Of a stretch of DNA of 64,000 nt, positions 57,158-64,000 are shown in pieces. Source of the DNA: the human T2T-CHM13v2.0 reference genome, Homo sapiens; the NCBI RefSeq assembly GCF_009914755.1, contig NC_060935.1. One strand, given 5' to 3'. A program made the translations under genes and the position numbers. Under the pieces are notes generated by a model, which searched no databases, was not told the origin of the DNA, and was given only the letters and a program-made list of their open reading frames with translations. Position 1 is the first letter of the stretch. Each line of letters opens with the position of its first letter.

Positions 57158-58119
57158 AACAGAATAATTTTCTAAAGGTGATGTGTTTTCTTGGCTAAAC
57201 TTGAATAGAATTGATTTATAAAAATCCATTATGGAGGATTTTTATCTTGAAGTTTAGTTAAGAGTATCACATTTCCCTTGATATTAACAACAAAGTTGCA
57301 TTTGATTTTATCATTTAGTGTTCTTTCCTTGTCTGGCTGCATAAAGTGAAGGGCAACTGGTTTATTTTAGCTATCTATAATCTCACTGAAATATCTTCTA
57401 AGATTATTTTGTTTATACAGTGGATCAAATTGTCAGCCATTATTCATAAAGATAGCTAATGTCAATAATATGTTTATGTCCGCTTGCCAACACTTAATAG
57501 ACAGTTTTGAAGTGTTTTGTTTTAAAACACACTTCATATCAGGACTTCCCAAAATTCATTAGTTGCCTTAGTTGAAGGATTCCCTTTCGTTTGCCCAGAA
57601 CACTATTCTTTTATTTTAATGGGTTGCTTGCAAAATAGCACGAGGTTAATTCACTGTTATATCACTTCTTATGTAGTTCTTGCATAACAACTATAATCAT
57701 TGCCCTGCATTAGGACTGAAAAGAGTATAAAGTACCCTAAAACACAGTTGTTACCCTCCAAGAGAAAGAAAAGATTTACATAGATCGTGTTGTAATGTAT
57801 GACTCAAAGGAAATATGAGTACTCAGATACTAGATCTTATTATTTAAAGAAGAAAGAGATAAACAGCATCTACAGTATCTGTGAAATACCTCATAAAGAA
57901 GATTCAGATGTATTAGTTTACAAATATTAGCAAATGAATAAATAAGTCAGTGAGTGATTACTGGAAAATGTTAAGAAATTCAGAAAGGCTAAGAGAAGGG
58001 AAAAAAGGAATTCCTGGTGAATGTTCTAATATGAGTTTGGAGTCAGTTCTGAATAAAATATAGTTAGGACTATAAGGAAACTAACCTGGCTGAAGGCAGA
58101 GAGAATCAGCTTGGAGGAT

Positions 58120-58290
58120 TAGTTTGATTAAGAGACTAGACTTCTGTGTTAGACAAACCCAGCTTCCTATTTCACTTTTGCCATTTACTAGCCAATCAAC
58201 TTTAGGCCTCACTATCCTCATCTGTAAAATGGAGATGTAATTCTACCATACGGGATTGTTGTGAGGATTCAATGAGAATCCTCTGTCTGG
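58120..58290 (+). mobile_element. MIR
   Basis: ttgccatttactagc...cctcatctgtaaaatggagat...ggattgttgtgaggattcaatgaga. Confidence 0.65.
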
Positions 58291-59957
58291 CTAAATAAAA
58301 TATAATACAGTTATACTTTAAAAGAGTATGTAAGCTGAATTGTTGAGAAAGCTTGAATGTCAGAAAAGTTAGAATAATATCTTGGAGGCAATCATGAATT
58401 TGTGAAGATTTTTGACAAGGCATTCTAAAAAGCAGTGAAGCAAAGTTATTCTGACTCTGGGTAGCAGAGAATGGATTGAGAAAGCCAGTGGATCTGGTCT
58501 TGGGTGATAAAGGCTTCAACTAAAGTGATGCCAGTTTAATAGAAATGAAAATATAAATATGAGAGTCACTTGTCATAAAAACAGTTCTTAATGGATAATT
58601 GGCTAGAGGAAAGGAAGGGAAATGAAAATTCAAAGATGAGACTGAGTTTTTGTGGTTGGGCCTTGTTATTTTGGTATTCATTTTTACAGTCCTATTTCTT
58701 CTGTGTAAAATCTCCTAATTCATTATACTGAAGCTTCTATATGGTACTGTTCTTGGGACCCAAGATTACATGTCTCAAAAGATTAGAACTTAAATCAATA
58801 AGAACTTTGTATGTATGAAAAAAAAGACATTTTAACTTTGGAAGAAAATCTTACCATCTAGTTAAATCAAGTCATTTCATATAGATATTGGTAATGCTTT
58901 TCAAAGAAAATTATCTACTACCCTTCCTTCTTGGGTATTTAGGCTGTATCTGTTCAGTTGACAAGACCACCTGCCTTTCAAGTTTTTTCTCAGCTCAAGG
59001 AGTATTTAGCCTGAGAGAACTGAAATTGCCATCTTACAATGGCTTCCAAAACTTAATCAGGCATAGACCCTACCAAGCCTGACAAACTTCCCAGGAAAAA
59101 GAAAATTTCCCACAGAGAGCCATAGAAGGATGAATATATAGTTTAGCTATACAGGGAAGAGTCATGATAGGAAACCAAAGGTATCCTGGTACTGTAGGAA
59201 GAACACTGGACCAGAAGGCAGAAGACCTGTGCCCCAGCTGGACTTTGATGGACAAGTCACCTAACTTTCATTAGGCCCCAGGGACTGCATCCTAGGGCCT
59301 AATAAGAAGGATGGGCATAACCTCTAACCTACATTTTGATTCAAAAATTCTGGGATTCTAAGTCTTTAAAGCAATTGATGAAAGTTTTTAGGAGTCAGCA
59401 AAGAATGGGAAAAGTAAAGATGATCTGTGGACCATGGAATGGAATTCTGGAAATCACATAAGGAGATGAAGAAATCAAGAGTAAGAGACAGTGGGGGAGT
59501 CCACACAGCAAATCCTGGTCCAGGCAGGGCATCTGCATGAAAGACACAGTACTGTTGAACAGCTCACATGCTGTTTATGTAACAGAGACCAGTTCTTATA
59601 TTTTAAAATTATATTTTACCTACTTTAAAGCAAATTTACTTTAGAATAATAATAACCACAACTTGAAAAATGAATGCTATTCAGAGATAACTTGAAGAAC
59701 TTCACTAGCTAGGCATGGTCTCATTTGAAACAAAGCTTTCATATGTATAATTTGAGCACAGTGATAACAACAAGGGAATGGCCTGAGGCAGGGACTTTAC
59801 TGAGTATAGTCTCAAACACCCCAAGGCCACCACAAATAAATAAAATGTGTGGTATGAAATATGAATAGTTGATATTTTCTCAATATTATATAACTGAAGG
59901 CATCTTTTCACATTTTTTTTTAAATTTTTATTGGTTTCACATTCAGTATTTAAAAAT

Positions 59958-60252
59958 GGGAGTGGGTATGGTGGCTCACACTTGTAATCCCAGGCAGGTG
60001 GATCGCTTCAGCCCAGGAGTTCGAGACCAGCATGGGCAACATGGCAAAACCACATTTCTACAAAATATACAAAAATTAGCTGGGTATGGTGGTGTGCACT
60101 TGCAGTCAATCTTAGCTACTCAGGAGGCTGAGGTGGGAGGATCACCTGAGCCTCGGGAGGTCAGGGCTGCAGTGAGCCATGATCATGCCACTTCACTCCA
60201 GCCTGGGCAACAGAGTGAGACCCTGTCTCAAAAAATAAAAATAATAAAAAAT
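59958..60252 (+). mobile_element. AluJ with internal deletion in left arm
   Basis: gtggctcacacttgtaatcccaggcaggtggatc...gagccatgatcatgccact. Confidence 0.88.
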
Positions 60253-61877
60253 TAAAATGTTCTGCATATGATGCAACTGTACAATGATCACAGATTGAGG
60301 CTAGTACTTTGGAAATCCCTTCTCAATAAATCAGTCTTAAAACCTCTGCTCTATTAACATTCTGAGCCACCAGGTGTCATAGAAATGTTTTTATTTCGCT
60401 TACCTTTAATAGACAGACTTAGAAGTCATCACTATTTTTAAAATAAATGTTATTCGAATTTAGAACAGATATATTTTTAATCTGTGTTCAAGTTGCCCTT
60501 CCAAGGTCTGTGAACCCCTGAAATTATGTATAAGTCTGGGGTTTTGTAAGTTTTTGCATTTCTTCCTGAGAAAGTATTTGTACTTTCATTGAATTCTAAA
60601 AGAGAACCATGACCCAAAGTAGGTAAAAAAATTCTACTCTGTGACCTAAAATTGACAAAATCATGAAGCTAAGTTTCATGAAATATTTGTAAATATTACC
60701 TAAAAAATACTCAACACTAAAAATGTAATTAAAATTTTCATTGATCAAACTCCCTAGCTAATGCTCTGGCTAAGTTCCTGGGAGATATCCTAACAAAAAT
60801 CACAAAGCTCCTTCAAGGAATAACATTCCTCAGATCCATGTCTCAACTAGAAATTAATCATGCAAATTCCAATGAACATGCAATTTAGAGACAATTGCTG
60901 GAATCCAGACAAGTATCTGTTTAACTTGTTCAGCTCTCCTTGACTCAACTTGGAATATGAAATACAAAGGTTTCCACACTAACTTAATTACATATATGTC
61001 ATCTAAAACCCAAACCAAAGACACTAAATCCTTCCTTATCAAAGTAGTTTTCAAGTGCTCATTGCAAATCATGCTGGGTCTGAATTGTCTTTCCACTTAC
61101 AAAAATTTTTCTCTCCTTATTTTAATATTAAATTCCTGATCAATAGTACCATTTAATGCAAATCTTACTTGTCATCGCATAGGCAAACTGGAGTAAAAAT
61201 TCAATATCTTTTCTAAAAACTTTTTGCATATATATGTAGAGCAATCTAGCCCAAATTCTGCCTTTGGAAATGAGTGCACAAATCCAATGAAGCAAAAAGA
61301 GCCTTGTGCTTGTCTACTGGAATGAATAATTTGGGAAGAAAAGTAATAACACAGCTACAAGTTAAATTGAAAACTTAGTGGAGCATTGATAATGCTGAAA
61401 ACTGGCTACTCTTCGAGGCTAAATAGTTGATAAAGGGTAGAATTGCGAATGCAAAAGCCTTTCCTTAAAATTAGACATATTTAGTTCTTCACTCTTCATC
61501 ATTTGACAGCCTATTGATTCTTATTTACTTTTTGTGTTTTCTTGATTAATAAAATAGTCATTTTTTCTCAGTAGGTCATTAATTGACTTTACACAGAGTT
61601 CTGCGGTTGTTGTAAATTCTCAGCTTTTTTGCTTACTTGCTCCATTCACCTTTATCTGGAAGATGTCATTAATTAAACTACAAAAGTAAATCCTACATGA
61701 TATTTGCTTCTCTCTACCTATTTCATCTTGTTATATGGAATACGCATAGAACTTTTGTGAAAATACTGACAATGCAGCTATATTTAATAACAGAATGAAT
61801 AGTCTATGTAGAGTTGGTTATTCATATTTCATGAAATTACTATTTTCTTATTAGCATGGTTCTGGGAAAACTGTAGC

Positions 61878-61942
61878 ACATATACATGTATACACATACA
61901 CACACACACACATATATATACATACATACACACACACACACA
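61878..61942. repeat. Compound (AC)/(AT) microsatellite
   Basis: Direct read. Confidence 0.85.
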
Positions 61943-63177
61943 TTTGCTGCTAACAAAGCTTAAATCAAATGAGTTTTCCAATCTGGAATTTTAGTTTGAT
62001 TTCAAGAAAGGTATAAAATAAATATGTAGCATGATAGAATATAAAAATAAATTGTATTTTTTAACTCCTACAAACAAATAAAAAAAAAAGACTTTTTCTT
62101 AGGGTCTCTAATACTTGTTAGGGAAAGAACATAGTTGCTAGCCATAAATCTGTTTTTCTGAAAACAGAGATATAAACTCTTTCTTTTTTTGTAAATAGCA
62201 CACTAAGCAGGACTCAAGGCTATTCAGTCACATTCATTTAATTCAGCCTAAGGGAAAAGACTCACCTTGTCTATATAAATATGTGTGAAACAGCAAGTCT
62301 TCTTTCTAGGCCACTAAGAGTTCTATTAACCTCCTGTAGCTCCTGTCTGATGGGGTATGTCTGCTAATTGATGCATTGCTCATACTTCTCTGCCTGACCT
62401 GTTCCCATCAAATAAAGTAGAGCCCTCATAGAAGCCAAATACATCACATGTCCTCCAGCCTGTGACTAGAGGGACAAAACCAACTGAACCAAAGCAAACC
62501 ACATAATGAGGAACAATAAATGTTTTTCTAAGAACTTTAAGAATAACCCCTAATTTATATCTCAAATTTTATTTAATCCAAAATAGAGTATATTATTTGG
62601 CTTGAATAAAACAATTCCATAAGGTATTATATTACAAAATAACTGAAAGCTTTGTTTTTTACTAATTATTACAGTATCACTTTCCACTGCCCAGAAAATT
62701 TTGGGTGTGTGGGGGCATAAAGAACAAATGCAATTTAAGTTCATCATCATCTTACACCCAGAGATTGTGATTTGTTGTATTTTCTTTCATATTCTTTTCA
62801 ATAATCAACATTATGTATATGTATACTTATATATAAATGTATAGTTTATTCTCAGACTAAGATCAAAATGAACACACACTTGTTTCTTTTTCTGCTTAAC
62901 ATTATACTATAAGTACTCCCTCTTGCCATTGAAATTTTTTTAATGGTTATCAAACATCAATCATATGGATCATTGGTACTTATCAACACTATAACGCCAG
63001 AAGCTTTGTAACATATGGTACCCCAATTTAGAAAAACCTGATACAGTGGGGGTTAGGTCTGAGCATGAGTATTTGCAATATGCAGTTATTATACTCAAGT
63101 CAAAGTTGAGACCACTGGTGTATACCAAAATCTCCTTAATCTTCCCTCTTTTTGATAGGTATATTGCTTTCAATTTT

Positions 63178-63251
63178 TATATATATATATATATAATGCC
63201 ATATAAAATGTTATATATATAATGCTATATATATAATGTTACATATATATA
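63178..63251. repeat. Interrupted (AT)n / ATATATAATG-like repeat
   Basis: Direct read. Confidence 0.8.
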
Positions 63252-63379
63252 AAATGAGATTTATCATAAGTCATTTTGGCAGCACCTTTAATTTCTTAGG
63301 ATTGATTGCTCTAAGGGGAATTATTTAATTAAGGGTGAGAATTGTTTTAAAGCTTTTGTTGTATAAAGCCAAATTATTT

Positions 63380-64000
63380 TCTTTTTGGTTTTTAATTCTT
63401 TTTTTCTCCTTTTTTAAAAATTTCATCTTTAAAAAATGGGATATATGTGCAGAACGTGCAGATTTGTTACAAAGGTATACAAGTGCCATGATGGTTTGCT
63501 GCACCTATTGACCCGCCCTCTAAGTTCCCTCCCCTCACCCCCAACACTCCAACAGGCCCTGGTGTGTGTTGTTCCCTTCTCTGTGTCCATGTGTCCTCAA
63601 TGTTCAACTCCCACTTATATGAGTGAGAACATGTGGTGTTTTGTTTTCTGTTCCTGTGTTAGTTTGATCAGGATGATGGCTTCCAGCTTCATCCATGTCC
63701 CTGCAAAGGACATAATCTCATTCCTTTTTATGGCTGCATAGTATTCTGTGGTATATATGTACCATATTTTCTTTATCCAGTCTATCATTGATGGGCATAT
63801 TGGTCGGTTCCATGTCTTTGCTATTGTACACAGTGCTGCAATAAACATGTGTGCATGTGTCTTTATAGTAAAATGATTTATATTCCTTTGGGTATATACC
63901 CAGTAATGGGATTGCTGGGTCATGGTATTTCTGGTTCGAGATCCTTGAAGAATCACCATATTGTCTTCCACAATGGTTAGACTAATTTAAATTCCCACCA
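63380..64000 (-). mobile_element. L1PA-type LINE-1 3' end (3' UTR and ORF2 C-terminus), continuing beyond the window
   Basis: T-rich tail, then atgtgcagaacgtgcag...; minus ORF 63615-63971 has MFIAALCTIAKTWN and SFAGTWMKLEAIIL (ORF2p C-terminus). Confidence 0.93.

Noticed and set aside
60661-60681. Short inverted repeat tcatgaagct/agtttcatga
   Set aside because: Imperfect with a 1-nt loop; expected by chance in AT-rich DNA

Overview
Human (primate) genomic DNA lying entirely inside GRIA4 (AMPA-type ionotropic glutamate receptor subunit GluA4), transcribed on the + strand. Eight internal coding exons (1568 nt, all GT-AG, phases consistent) encode the C-terminal half of the amino-terminal domain (ATD), S1, M1-M2-M3 and most of S2, ending at the R/G RNA-editing site with its exon-intron hairpin (42230-42296). 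The 5' exons, flip/flop, M4 and C-terminal exons are outside the window. The window also holds an alternative last exon (20139-~21770) giving an ATD-only product ending PLMKNPILRN, and a well-formed 39-nt candidate poison microexon (53730-53768) in the intron after the R/G exon. Introns carry a near-consensus AluYb8, ten older Alus (several in inverted pairs), L1 fragments, a full-length MER82-like Tigger element, MIR/L2/MLT remnants and microsatellites. No prokaryote-type novel system is present. The most promising leads are post-transcriptional layers on GRIA4: alternative last exon, poison exon, editing hairpins and phase-0 circularisable exons. Exon/residue numbering and repeat subfamilies are from recall, not database searches.
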